Origin: Phoronis australis
Taxonomy: Eukaryota > Animalia > Phoronida
Length of the DNA stretch: 64,000 nucleotides
Reading direction: 5' to 3'
Assembly: GCA_002633005.1 (NCBI GenBank)
Contig: NMRA01000839.1
Location: 52,547 to 116,546, forward strand
This document shows, one piece after another, positions 50,001-62,147 of this stretch (its first letter is position 1; the number at the start of each line of letters is the position of its first letter). The notes beneath the pieces were generated by a model. The model was given only the letters and a program-made list of their open reading frames with translations, made no database searches and was not told the DNA's origin. The position numbers and the translations under genes are program-made.

Positions 50001-50809
50001 ATTTAGTTTAAACTCTTAGCCAATGACGTTGGGTTTTACAATCCACGGTCGCGCGTGCTCATGGAAATACTTATGTACTGACGGGTTACATGGCGGATCA
50101 AATCGCTGCTGCAATGTCAGCGATTGTGCAAGAACGAGCTGCCTAGCAACAGTCGTGCATGTTAGGTCAACACTGATTGGTTTAAATTTGGAACGTTCTT
50201 AAAGTATTTTACGTGCGTAATTTACGGCGACATTTCCCCATTTAATTTACGAGCGTAATTTTACTGCAGCACTTTTGCAATTTAATTTCCGCTCGTAATT
50301 ACGAGCGTAGTTTTACGGCGAAACTTTTCCCCGTTTAATTTACGAGCGTAATTTTACGGCGACACTTTCCCCTCAACGGCCCACCATAATATAGCAACAA
50401 TTACGTCGCATTATCACGCGTCAGGTTGTTATTGTTGAACAATGCATCTGACGTCATGCAACAATCAAACTTATTCAGCGGATAAGTTTCGAAGGTTTCT
50501 GCAACTCAGCCCCTGAACTCAGGAACTTTGATCATGCAAAGTTGTAGAACGAAGTGAAACAGATCTGCATCAGTAAGAAAGGGAAGGATGAATGACGCAA
50601 AACGTCAACGTGCGTGAATGAATGATAACGTTTGACCATGAAGTCATACCTGCTGCGTCGATATTCATGAACACTTGCGAGAACTCGTCAATGGTAAGTT
50701 CACCGTTGTTGTTTTTGTCCACTTGCTCAAACAATGAGACGTAATACTGCGGCTGCGAGTTGCCCAGAACCACTGCTACGCACGCGCAAAGGACCAATAG
50801 AGGAGGCAT
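47038..50809 (-). CDS. Secreted four-EF-hand calcium-binding protein, paralog 2 (about 131 aa)
   Basis: Exons 50650-50809 (MPPLLVLCACVAVVLG signal, DKNNNGELTIDE), 47724-47897 (174 bp, same length as in paralog 1; DMNDNGLIEDND) and 47038-47099 (ESSAVSSDEFLTVWGSLVLS*). Total 396 nt. An acceptor sits just upstream of the ATG; candidate 5'UTR exon at about 52429-52467. Confidence 0.88.
48001..48076. mobile_element. 76-bp micro-MITE with 5-bp TSD
   Basis: catgggcagcgcacca / tgctgcgccgcccgtg, flanked by aatga on both sides. Confidence 0.7.
49861..50388. mobile_element. IS3EU-like non-autonomous DNA transposon (6-bp TSD)
   Basis: TIRs tatgatgggccgttggggggaaagtgtcgcc / ggcgacactttcccctcaacggcccaccata, atatag duplicated on both sides, and many subterminal ttacgagcgtaa motifs. 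Appears nested in an older Harbinger-like element (about 49825-50515). Confidence 0.75.
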
Positions 50810-53800
50810 TTCTGCTGAAAATGCAATATCGTTTTTAAAAGGAGGATAACAGAAGGGCAGGGCAGAGTATTGGTCAGGATTGCCACTGGATAACTCCTGT
50901 TTGGACATCTCACCAAAATTGCCTTTGTCATTTGCCAGTATTTCACAATCAATGCCTACAGTTGAGTGAGATTGGTATTATTGAGCCCAGAACACTCCCT
51001 CTATCATCATGTCACAGAACAAATTACGTAAACAACAATGTTTGTTTCAAAGAATAGGTGATCTAGTCGTAATAAATTCAGCCTGCGTTTCCCAATGGGT
51101 ACTCGCTGTTCAGTGCATCACAGGAAGTTCAAATTCAGTTCGCTGTGAACCATACTCTGCGACAGGGCCTTCTGCATGGTTACACATTCCTGTTCGGAAA
51201 GTATACGCGTGGGCATCACGTGCTCTACATGCATGGGAATGGCAAAAAAGAGATTCAGTTTTGGATAACGAAAATTCATCTTGCAACGCTACTGAAAATT
51301 CAAAGACGCCAAGGATGTACAATGTGCTATTCTTCCAAAGTGAATAAGCAATTTCATTTTAAAAATACATTTATTTTGGTCACCTGTTAATGTATATAAA
51401 CCAGTTATTTTTTAATATATAAACCAATAAATTGCCCAGTTATTGTCATTTGAACTGCGAGTGCATTTTTGGTACATTCTGCATAAGGACCAAAACAGAG
51501 TTCAGCATCTTGACTCGTTTTATGTTAATGTTAATCACAGAACATATGGCGAACAGAAACAACGTTGCATTTACTTGTGCATAAATCATGGGCTGCTTGG
51601 GCGAACAATCTTTTATAAATAGCTGTTAATTTGGCGACTATTTGTTGCAGATGGTTCAAGATAAAGGAAAACATATTAACACTTTGTACATATGTAAATC
51701 CAATGTTGGTTGTCCATACCAACGTATTTTGTCTTTGGTGTGGAAATGAATCGAAGAATAAGGGACCGTACCAGCGGTGTTTAATGAAAACGGGTTGTTC
51801 ACTAAGTAGAATACTACAAGACAGTTGCCTGTCGAGAAGTTAAAATTCTTAAATTTGGAATACATTTGCCACGAAGCAACCTTTTGTAAAATAAACGTTC
51901 TTCTGATTTAGACCTCTATTTAAAACCTCTTGCCGTTATAAAAGTGGTGTCGACTTTTCCATATTAAGTTTAGACGTTACTACTGGAATACGGGTGGTCT
52001 GTTCTTTACTGCTCGAGGCAAATGAATTCTTGGCGAACAACCAGGTCAACTTCGTCTAAAGCTCAGAAATCCTTTCAAATATTTGAAAAAGGAACACGAC
52101 CTTGGGACCAGGATAAATTTCAATAGGTATCTCGGAGCGACAAAAATAGTGCTGAAAGCACGTGCTCTCATTAAAAATACACGATGATATCTGTCAGAAT
52201 CTCGCGAGATCTTGCCTTTCTAGCGAGGAACAAGAGCTAATTGAACTCTACCCAGTTTTACCATCACAGCTTATGGTCTAATACCATGACGATTAGTAGT
52301 CTAATTTCTAGTTTCGCATATTAACATAAGCGGATTTACTTCTAATTTCAATAGAAATTGAGCATTTTCTACATGAAATAAAATAAAGTTGATTGTCACA
52401 TTTGTCCGGCACATGCAATATTAGTTACCTGAAAAAGTTAGTGCCTTGATAGAGAAGTGGAGACTGACGACAAGCATTTTGGAAGGAAAATAAAAGGGAC
52501 TGGCGCAGTTCACATCTCAATATCAAATCATAACCGAAGATCCGTTTTCGAATTCATAATTTTAGGGTAGATCAACCCCGATAAACTCTGAAATATTTTC
52601 TTGTTGATAAAAGAGAGCCCTGTCGTGGTAAACAAAAATTCTGAGATCTATGTTTACAAAAGTGAGATGACTAGTTCGATTTTCGTTTATAGGCAGCTAA
52701 TTTTTCTTGCCGGTGTGATAATGGAAAATCTTGTGACGAAAACTCGAAAAGATCGGGTGTCTGAGTTCAATGTTTGTATTCTGTTAACATTATAACTAGA
52801 GAACGAAACCTTTGTCAAAACTCTATGTTAGCGATGACCGCATTCCTACTAAAACGATCATACCGGAGTTGGTCGTCATATACTGCATCCTGTCCTTCAC
52901 GCACCTGATTTACAGTTGATGAGTTTTCAATGAGTTTGGTCACTGAGTTGTTTCGCTAGCCTGCTGCCAAATCTTCGTGTATGGTTGCACAGTTTAATAT
53001 CCTGTGAAAACGAAATAAACCGTGATCCCCACTATCTTACATTCTGTTCATTAGTTTCTATGTGAGGATGCGTATCTTCCCTATGTCACAGAATTCAATT
53101 CGAAAACAGCTAGAAATTGACCAACAAATGAATTGTCTCAACTGACCATACTTCGAGCTTTTTGCAATCGCTTACTCTCAACTTCCACACTTTTATGTCG
53201 CTGCCAAAAATTGTTGTTGTGCATTTGTTGTTTAGGACACAATGCCTAGTTTTAGCATCAATTTTAACAACGCATACGTAAAAGCGCTCGCGTTCCAAAC
53301 ATGCAGAATCTTTTGCAGTTGGACACAACGCCTCGTTTTCAAGCATAATGGCGAATAGTGAATAACTGCAATCGTTTTGGCGTTCTTGACATCCTCGTGA
53401 GTTTACTCGTTAACTTTTGCGAAATTTTCAAAAACATGCAGCAAAGAAATTGGAATTTACCCTTAGATTAATCGAGTCATCTGTGCGAATTGCTATTATC
53501 ACGTGTAAGTGTAAACATATATTATACCAAAAATGTGCAAAGAAGGTCGAAACTATATTCTACTCGCTTTCTACTTCACGTCTATAATGTTGCTAAGATT
53601 ACCCGTAAAAATTACCATAACATGGTAATACGAAGAAAACTCCTTTTGATCAGAGCTCGAGCTTAAAATTTTCAATAAAAGCAGACGATCTGCATTTAGG
53701 CCTGCAATGATTACTGTACTAGCGACCTCACCTGGAGATACGAAATCCTTGGTATCTATACTGGGCTAAAGGGGTAGACACGTGTTGATAGTTGTTCTCT

Positions 53801-54419
53801 TATCTGTCGTCGTTCTCAAATACGATCCTGTCTTGGTCATCCGGCGAACATTTATCTGATCGCGACTGTGATCACGGTCTGTTCAAGAGAGTTGTTTGTC
53901 CCAAATCTGACGATTTATAACTAAACCAAAGTGCGTGTGTTTAATTAACAGGGTGTTTTGTTTATGGTGTGATTTGGATTTCAGGACGACACCGCCTCGC
54001 GGCTGGATACCAGTGGTCCTCGACCGTGCGCCTTGATACTTGTCACTTGTGACTAAACGTACTTGCGTATACCTAGGCAATACTGGTACATTTTACTGTA
54101 AAAATGAGAAATATTAGGAACACTTTGATGCTATTAATTGATAAGGGCGTTTTGAACGACACTTATGAACTTCGTATAGTCAGCGGCTAGTTCATTAATA
54201 AAATATAAGAATGATATTACATGCGCGAACTCAGGACGGGCTCGAATTTTTGAAAATGTGGACTTTTTACTAAAATTCACCAGACATGTTCAAAACTATG
54301 AATAGTGCATCACCGAATTTTGGCAGTTCCTGTCTTTTTAGCGGACTTTTGTCTCGTTTTCTAATTTTTCGGTGTTTTGTTTGGGGGTCTCGTTCGAGCT
54401 CCCTCCCCACTGGGTGCGC

Positions 54420-54630
54420 GCATGTAATAAAAATAAACATAATGATAACATAGACATGATAATACAAATAAAAATATAACAAGAAAGACAGCAACAACAA
54501 TAGTAATAATAATTGCTATTACTATACAATAATATATAACAATAGTGATAATAATAATAATAATAATTGTCCTTATAATCACTACTTTACTTGTAATGAA
54601 ATGTAATCACAGTAATTGTACTAATAACTT
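54420..54630. repeat. (AAT)n-rich low-complexity tract
   Basis: Seen directly; it produces spurious poly-Ile ORFs. Confidence 0.8.
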
Positions 54631-55909
54631 CACTTTCCAAACGATTGTCAGTGTGTCCTTAAAAAACACTAGGAGAACTAGTCAAATCTCGATTTACAAG
54701 GATTGCCTTCCATTCAAATCGCCGTCTTCCCTCATCGTGTCACACCTTGAAGGAATACCCCTGTGGTTAAACTCTCGCAGATAAGACAATGATAAATCAG
54801 GATCGGATTCGGATTTGAATGAAAATGCGATTGCAATAGCCGAACGTATCGCTCGCGCGATCAAAACACGTCACAACCTGGGAGGCAGTGTTTTGAGTGT
54901 AGGAGTCGATTAAACCTGTTTGTTTTGGGGTTTTAATGGTGTTTGGCTCTTCCGACAGCCAAGTTTGTCGCAAGCAAGTGATATTGTAATCGCATTAAAA
55001 ATACGTTTTTGCTTCATAAAAAGCATCTACGGACGTCAATATTTTAAAAAAGGCGCACCCCATCGACAGTTCCATGAATATATCACAAAACATTGTACAT
55101 CATGTTGCGGGCCTACGGTCAAATCTAACACGACAGACAGCGCACAAAAAATTTCATCAAAAAACATCTCTTTTTTATTGCTGTTGAAAGTGATAGTTTA
55201 CCGTGACGTCAAATTCATTAATACTAGGCCATCATCGGTGGTGTATAAGCAGATGCAGACAGAAATGAAAAATGAAACGTACGTTAGCTAAAATTTTCAC
55301 GAATTCTCTGGCTGTGAATATAATTTTTATTTAAAATATCACAAGAGCATTGCATAAATGAAATAGCATTGACAAAAAGTGAACCAAGTTAGCCACATTG
55401 AATCTGTGTTAAACTTCTGTGAACATTCCATTCTTATGTTCCATCCCTTCTCTAGTTATCGGCGACACTTTCAGTCTGTTTTACGTCTTTTTGCGACTCT
55501 TACCTCGACCTTTCTTCGGCTTTTTAACTCACGTGTAAAAGGATAAGAGGATAATTCATCCGACATCCCAAAAGTGGTATTAAGATGAAAACGCGAAGAA
55601 ATCCCTAGCAATTGCGTTTACTCGGTGAATTCCGTACCTTTCCGGCTGATATGCACATAGCAACATCTCGGATAAAAGATGGCGTTACATACCGCCGCTG
55701 TAATGTTTGCAGGGTCGTTCCCGGTATGTCAGTGCCGGTGAGACCGCTCAACCAATCGAGAGACCGTAGATGGTCTGTGGAAGAGACAGGGTACTTTTAG
55801 AGACGCGAGAGGAAAAAACTTTTATTTGAAAAACATGTGATTGAACAAATTCACCGAAGGACAAATGCGGGAACGTTAAGAACACTGTTGACTGGTCATA
55901 TACAAATAG

Positions 55910-55915
55910 ATCAAT

Positions 55916-55947
<32 letters not shown>

Positions 55948-56360
55948 AATCATTTATTTTAGTGACTTGTAGCACTTGCTACCCAGCCACAACTTGGGCC
56001 ATTTTCAAAGAGAACTATTGTACAAATAATAAACAAAGCATACATGTATACAATTACAAAGGAAAATCAGACTAACCTTATTCAATATTAATGAAGTAAC
56101 AAATAATATTTTTCGCCTTAGAAATGCATTGTAAATAAAACTGATAACTAATTTACTCACGGTGATGTTACTAGTCATCAAGAAAACAAAGTGGTTCTGA
56201 GTTCCTGGCTCACCAAATGAGGAGCAAACCAACATGAACTCTGCAAATAACCCGGTTCTGCGATCAATGAAGAGATCGCAGGAGACAAGGAAATGTAATT
56301 TATCCTCAATGCATGGGGCAGTACAAAAATCACACAAACGCTCCTTAACCGGAGTAAAAA
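55910..56360 (-). mobile_element. 3' end of a CR1/L2-group LINE with a (GATT)n tail
   Basis: ERLCDFCTAPCIEDKLHFLVSCDLFIDRR is the C-terminal CxxC..HF...C motif. It is followed on the minus strand by aataaa and (gatt)n at 55910-55946. Confidence 0.75.
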
Positions 56361-58871
56361 ATACTAAGGCGATAGATGTAAAAAGTGACTTGCTCGAATA
56401 CAAATTCCAAAACAAACTGCGAAAAATCTAGAAAAAAGGTCTTAAACCAACCGGATACTGTCCAACTGATCTTAGTGAAAATGTTAGGCCACGTTTTCCT
56501 TCATAGAGGCGTCATGCCTCCGACACCGTTAGCATTGTCTCTCTTACCAGGATTTTCTATAGATAAGCACGTGAGCGTGTATTTGGAAAAGGCGGGAATT
56601 TTCAGGAGTTTTATAGTTACTAGTTACACCGACTTTAGCATGTTTTACTTAAAAGTTTATATGCAGAGTTAGCCAACAGCTTGTTCGATTTTACAAGTGA
56701 TAAATGTTCCGCGAAACTTAATTTGTGGCAAAAAAGTTGAAACTGAGTGAACTTTAAGAGGAAATTTTCCGAATAAGCTCCCCACTCAAGACAATTAACA
56801 CCAGAAGTTGTAAAACCAAATAAACGCCCAAAGACGTTTCATCGCTTTTCAACAGGATTCTTTTCCCTTTTACACAAAACAAAGTATTGAAATAAATATC
56901 TGAGTTATGTCACATAGCGGATCCACTCAAAATTTTATCTCTATTTTTGAGACGTTGTTTGCTTTTGTTAATTATTATTTTTTCTCTGTTGTTTAATGTC
57001 TGTTTTATTAAATATTCATGCTTTATTTCATCATGTTGTCTTACTTTTAGTATCTTTAATTTATTACTTTTTATAATTCATTTTGTTTCTTCTATGTTAG
57101 TTTCTTATTCATTACTGATTATTTAAATCTTGTCTTTCTTTTTGTAATTTTGTTCGTCTTACTGTCTTTATGTTTTTACTGAGGGCCCCCATTTAAAGCA
57201 GGTTGAACTGATTGGGCTACCGTCATTGTAAATATTACAATAATAACTAAAAAATAAATAAAAAGATCTCTTTTAACAACTTTGGTGTTACCTCTTGTTC
57301 TGCTTATCATTTATAAGGGTTAAGAATACAGATGTCAAAAAACCTAAGCTGGAATAGTTATCTTAATTAAACCCTGGTAAAGGGTTGTGTTTCTAAAACA
57401 AAATTTCCATGGAAACGGAACTATTTCAGGAAAGTTTTTGTTTTACAAATGGGTATCTTTTGAGTGCACTCTCTAAATGAGTATGTATTCTTGTTGACTT
57501 CCAGAGTAAAAATAGTCAGGTAACAACTCCGGTGTCCCATTAGGGCCTAGACAAATTTATAGATCTGTTTTAGAGTTGACATGTATATTCTACGTGTTCT
57601 TGTTGTATGTCATACATACCCGATTAGAATTGAAAGTCGAGAGTGGAGACGACAGAAGGGCTATGCAGTTGCCAACCCAAGTAATGAGTATTGGTGCGCC
57701 TTTGAGAAACTGAATGGCCGGTGTGCACATGTCAATTAATTTCGAGTGGATGGTTTAATATCATTATGCAGTTTATGAAACTACAATCAACTATATCTTG
57801 GGAAGCCATTAAAACGTCTGATCAGGTGTCGGACAATAAGAAAATAGGTCAGACATTACGTAGGCCTTCACATGTAAAATTTCAAGTGTTGAGAAAGCAG
57901 AATAAACATGCGACCTGCCGGCTGATCGAACAAGGTGTGAAAGCAATATAAAACGCCACCACGCTAAAAAGGGTTCACCCAATAACATCGAGATGTTGGA
58001 CCCATGCCATCAATTTTGAAAACGTTTGTTGAATCTTCTTTGTAAGACGTTTCATGTTCTGAGCTCCTTTATCAATACAGGGATAATTCCAATCCACTTG
58101 TACAATCCAAAGGTGGATAGTAACCTGTCACCAGGGTTCTCTTCGTCTCGGTCGGACAATTACGTGTAGTTTGTACCATCACAAATAGTTTGGATTCCGT
58201 TAGCATGAAATGATACAATGTTGGAAAAGTTGGCAATAACGCGAGCAGTGATGCAATATTAGGGACTCAGGGAATAAAACTGATCTCGCTATAATTGACG
58301 ATCTGAACAGATTATTCTCCGCCCATGCTGTGTGGACTATAAGTAAAAACGACAGTTAAATCCGGGTCGTTAATGAATATGCGTTGATCGAAATTTCTGC
58401 GATCAGATATTCCAACTGTCTCGAGTTAGTGTGCTGATTACTACGCTCTATAACGACGAGATTGCGTTGTGCATGCCTCTAAAACGGACAATTTTGGTAC
58501 TCTTTTACTGACTCAAAACCTCGACTGATCTGCCTGACTGGTCAGTTTTCACTTAAACGTAATGCGTCTAGATGACTGCGTAAGTTGTCTTGAGATATCA
58601 GTCCAGATAGGCGGTAATAGAGAAAGGTCTCGTTAAACTCTGAGTTAGAGAGCGCTCAACGCACTTTCAGCTTAAGTGCACTTAAAACAAACTCCGTAGC
58701 TGCACTTTCATGTATTTTGCCTGTCCTCATGCAGTTTACATTCAATATTTGTGCACAGCAGAGACGTGATGGTTGCAAACATACACGGATATGCAGCGTA
58801 TTTTATGATAAAAAGCGCTAAAAGTGTTTAAAAGGCGCTCAAGATTGAGCTTATACTTCAGTCCGTAACCA

Positions 58872-61109
58872 TCAGTCGTAGAATCTGGCATAGGTGTTCT
58901 CGTCTTCACAAGCACTGCAACACATCAAATGCCGCCACCGTGAGGCGAAACTTTGTGCCTGAAAAGAGGAAGTGGCGCGGTCTTTGACCTCGTGACGGCT
59001 TCGTTTGAATCGTGATTTCAAACGCTTGAAAAGTCCTTCGCGTTTTATAAGGCTTGATCTATCCGTAAAATCACCGATGCTGCTGTGAGTGTCCTCTGAA
59101 TCAGAAGAAACGTCATCAAGAGGCACGTCCACAAACGTGTTGACGTCGTCTGAACGGATGTCCTCAATGACGTGTGGCGTGTTGCTAATTTGCAATCTTG
59201 TTTTACTTTTCCCGTAGTATTCAGTGTTCACTGAGTCATCCACAACAGCAAAACAAAAATCGTTCTGAGGCAACGTTGCAAAAGGAGACGATCTGTCGTC
59301 CATTAAGTGAGCATCCTCAACCTTCCCTGGTTCGTTCTTAGCTTGGAGATTTGTAACATTAATCTCATCTTTGTTGATTATGGAGTTTTCAATATTCTTT
59401 GGAAAATGCCATGTTGCAAACGAAATGTGATTGTGAGGCCAGGTGGTGACACTGGAAGCCTTAACGTCGTCCAGTCGCATATCTTCACGGATCTTGGGTA
59501 GATCAGTGCACTGAAATTTCATTTTGTACTTCTCACAAGTTTCAGCTATGTATTCGTTCTCTAAAAGATTTACAGTATGAGAAGAAATGGCATTGTTGGA
59601 CAACTTGGCGAAGCTGTGCAGATTTGCATTTTCTGGGTATGTACCTTCGACGCTGTGTGATTTGCTGCATAGAGTCTTTGATGCAGAGCGTCGTGTGTCC
59701 TGTGTAAAAGATTCCCCAATCGCAGAGGAAACTGTAGGATCCGTCGAATCATTGAAATCAGACAATGCGATGTCTTTTAAGTGGCCACATCCAACGGATT
59801 TACTTTCGGATTTCAGGACTTTCTCCTTACTATCCGCATTGCCAGCGAACTCAGCAATACCTGGCGAGTGAGTGACGTCCTGCTGAAAAATTCCAACATC
59901 GTCTGGCTTGTTTCTGCCTTCCACTTTATTGCCCTCTCCCCCTCCAGTATCAATCATACTTGCAGAGCTACGACGCATGTTTTCAATAGAAAAAAAAGTT
60001 GCACCGTAAGGCAACCCGTAGATATCACAGGGTTCGTCGTCTTCCGCAGGAATATACTCAATGTTTCGTATTTCGAAACTTTCGCTCTCGAGTGTAATAG
60101 GGATTTGACTTGCCAGTATATCTGACGGTTGGGTGACTTCCTGTCTAACATCGTCAACGTCGCCTGTTTCGTTTGTGCCCAATTTCACTACTTCTCTACC
60201 TCTGTCATCAGGGTCACTAATAGTATCTTTGTCTACAACTGGTAGACTTGTCTTCTCGTGCATGTTGTTCTTGACCTTCTCATCTTTCTCTGCGGAAATG
60301 CGGTACACTTTCTCCGAGACTGTAGACTCAGCTGACTCAGTGATATCTGACGGTGTTCCGTCTTCGAAGTGGTCACTTTCAACAAATTTGCTTTCGGATT
60401 TCAGGACTTTCTCCATACCATCAGCATCATGAGGGAAGCAAGCGACACCTGACGGTTGCACGACTTCCTGTCGAACATCGCCAACGTCAATTGGTTTGCT
60501 TCTACCATCCAATTTCGGGATTTCTCCCCTTTCATCATCAGAGTTGCCAGCTGGCTCTTTCGTTAAATTTGGCTGGTCCGTATTTTGTTGGTCATTAGCC
60601 TCCCACATTCCATCTTTCTTTGTGGAAATGGGGTACAGTTCCTCCGAAACTGTAGACACTTCCTCCGAAGTGTTTCTTTCATATTCAGGGTCTTCTTTGT
60701 AGATGCTTGTCGAGTTTCCAATTTTGCACTCGACTTCACACTCGGCGACATCCCAACCGAGGCCCGTTGATTTGCGGACAGTGTTTGCCTTTTTGCGGCG
60801 TGATGCTATCTCAAGAAGACAGCACAAATCTGTTACACACCTGACATAAGATTTCATTAGTCTAGTGTCAACTTCTGCTTTCTGAACACTTTTGGAAGCG
60901 TCAGATGCGTCTCCCGACCATTTGTCGTTCACTGCCGTGGTTCCAGAAGCGTCTTTGTTGCCAAAAGACACAATGCGCAGGAATTTCCTCGTGACAGAGT
61001 AAACTTTCTCTGTAGTTCTCAACACAATTTGCGAAATCAAGTCTATAAACCATGATATCGTAACTATTATAAAGTCCCAAATGACTCTGTGAGCCATTAC
61101 CGGGTTCAT
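58872..61109 (-). CDS. Uncharacterised intronless protein, about 745 aa, acidic and probably disordered, with internal repeats
   Basis: 2.3-kb stop-free frame in AT-rich DNA; first ATG at 61109 (MNPV). N-terminal hydrophobic stretch, repeated EKVLKSESK/DVRQEV/STVSE blocks, and a basic plus Cys-rich C-terminus. No recognisable domain. Confidence 0.75.
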   Translation of the reverse strand: MNPVMAHRVIWDFIIVTISWFIDLISQIVLRTTEKVYSVTRKFLRIVSFGNKDASGTTAVNDKWSGDASDASKSVQKAEVDTRLMKSYVRCVTDLCCLLEIASRRKKANTVRKSTGLGWDVAECEVECKIGNSTSIYKEDPEYERNTSEEVSTVSEELYPISTKKDGMWEANDQQNTDQPNLTKEPAGNSDDERGEIPKLDGRSKPIDVGDVRQEVVQPSGVACFPHDADGMEKVLKSESKFVESDHFEDGTPSDITESAESTVSEKVYRISAEKDEKVKNNMHEKTSLPVVDKDTISDPDDRGREVVKLGTNETGDVDDVRQEVTQPSDILASQIPITLESESFEIRNIEYIPAEDDEPCDIYGLPYGATFFSIENMRRSSASMIDTGGGEGNKVEGRNKPDDVGIFQQDVTHSPGIAEFAGNADSKEKVLKSESKSVGCGHLKDIALSDFNDSTDPTVSSAIGESFTQDTRRSASKTLCSKSHSVEGTYPENANLHSFAKLSNNAISSHTVNLLENEYIAETCEKYKMKFQCTDLPKIREDMRLDDVKASSVTTWPHNHISFATWHFPKNIENSIINKDEINVTNLQAKNEPGKVEDAHLMDDRSSPFATLPQNDFCFAVVDDSVNTEYYGKSKTRLQISNTPHVIEDIRSDDVNTFVDVPLDDVSSDSEDTHSSIGDFTDRSSLIKREGLFKRLKSRFKRSRHEVKDRATSSFQAQSFASRWRHLMCCSACEDENTYARFYD

Positions 61110-61986
61110 TTTACAAAATTTGCAAAGTGAATACGTCACGAATTGTTCGACGTCACCAATCGTACACGTCAAATGCCAACTACTGGTAACTGACCTATCG
61201 CCAAGATTTTGATTGTCGGCTTAACTGACCATTTAGAACGCAGCATTATTGACACACCTTCGTTTCCAAGCCGCCATTTTACTCGACAAACAACACGTTG
61301 CCGGGTAAAAGTTATTGTTTGTTGGTCGACATTACGCAAGGGGGCGGAGCTTGCGATAGGTCATTTAAGTACAACCATGCGCGAATTTTCTGTAACTGTT
61401 AGCATGTCTTGAAAATCTACCGGACTCGTTCTATAATGCGTATGTAATGTGTTTTGAAGTAAAGCTTTATTTTGGCGAGACATTATATTTTGGGGTCTCA
61501 ATTTCGCTCAATCTCTTATCATATAACGAAGTATTTGTTGATTTTGGTGGTAACTAAGATTATGAAGAACAATCTTAGCAAACTGTCTTAGCCGAATGCG
61601 AAATAAGTACGGAAGAATAATATTCTTACCAACGAGATACCATTACATACATTAAAACGATGTGTTTCTTTAAAAAATCACTAATGTTTACTTATTTAGC
61701 AAAACTTCATAAAATGTTGACAGTTTCGGAAACTACACTCCTCCCCTTTCTTAAAATACATGTACGCCCGAGTCGGTATAATCGGTTTCATTTGACGTTT
61801 TCCCATGGGCCTGATTTCACACGCAGTCTGACCATTTTGTTGCGACAGTGTCAGTTTCATATTGCAATTCATTTGAATAAACATGAATTGGTTGAAAGGG
61901 TGGCGATTTGTCTGGTGTTATGGGCACGTGTGAGAGTGCAAACCACAGTAACAACATTGCATCCTGGTAACATTTTAAACAGTCTG

Positions 61987-62147
61987 CAGGGGCGGATACA
62001 GGATTTTGAGTTGGGGGGAGAAGGAGCAGGGCAGAATGTTAGCCAAGGTGTTGCCCGTAAGACATTCGCACTCCCGAACTGCCAAATGGAATCTGGGAGA
62101 ATTTAAGGGGGCCATGGTCCCCTTGGCCCCCTCTAAAACCGCCACTG
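61987..62147 (+). mobile_element. Short MITE with 5-bp TSD (hAT5-like), copy 2
   Basis: caggggcggatacag ... aaaccgccactg, flanked by gtctg on both sides; homologous to 25412-25579. Confidence 0.8.

Noticed and set aside
54270-54784. Hydrophobic poly-Ile/Tyr ORFs
   Set aside because: Translation of an (AAT)n low-complexity tract.
59307-60770. Plus-strand ORFs overlapping the 745-aa ORF
   Set aside because: Antisense shadow frames of the long coding sequence.
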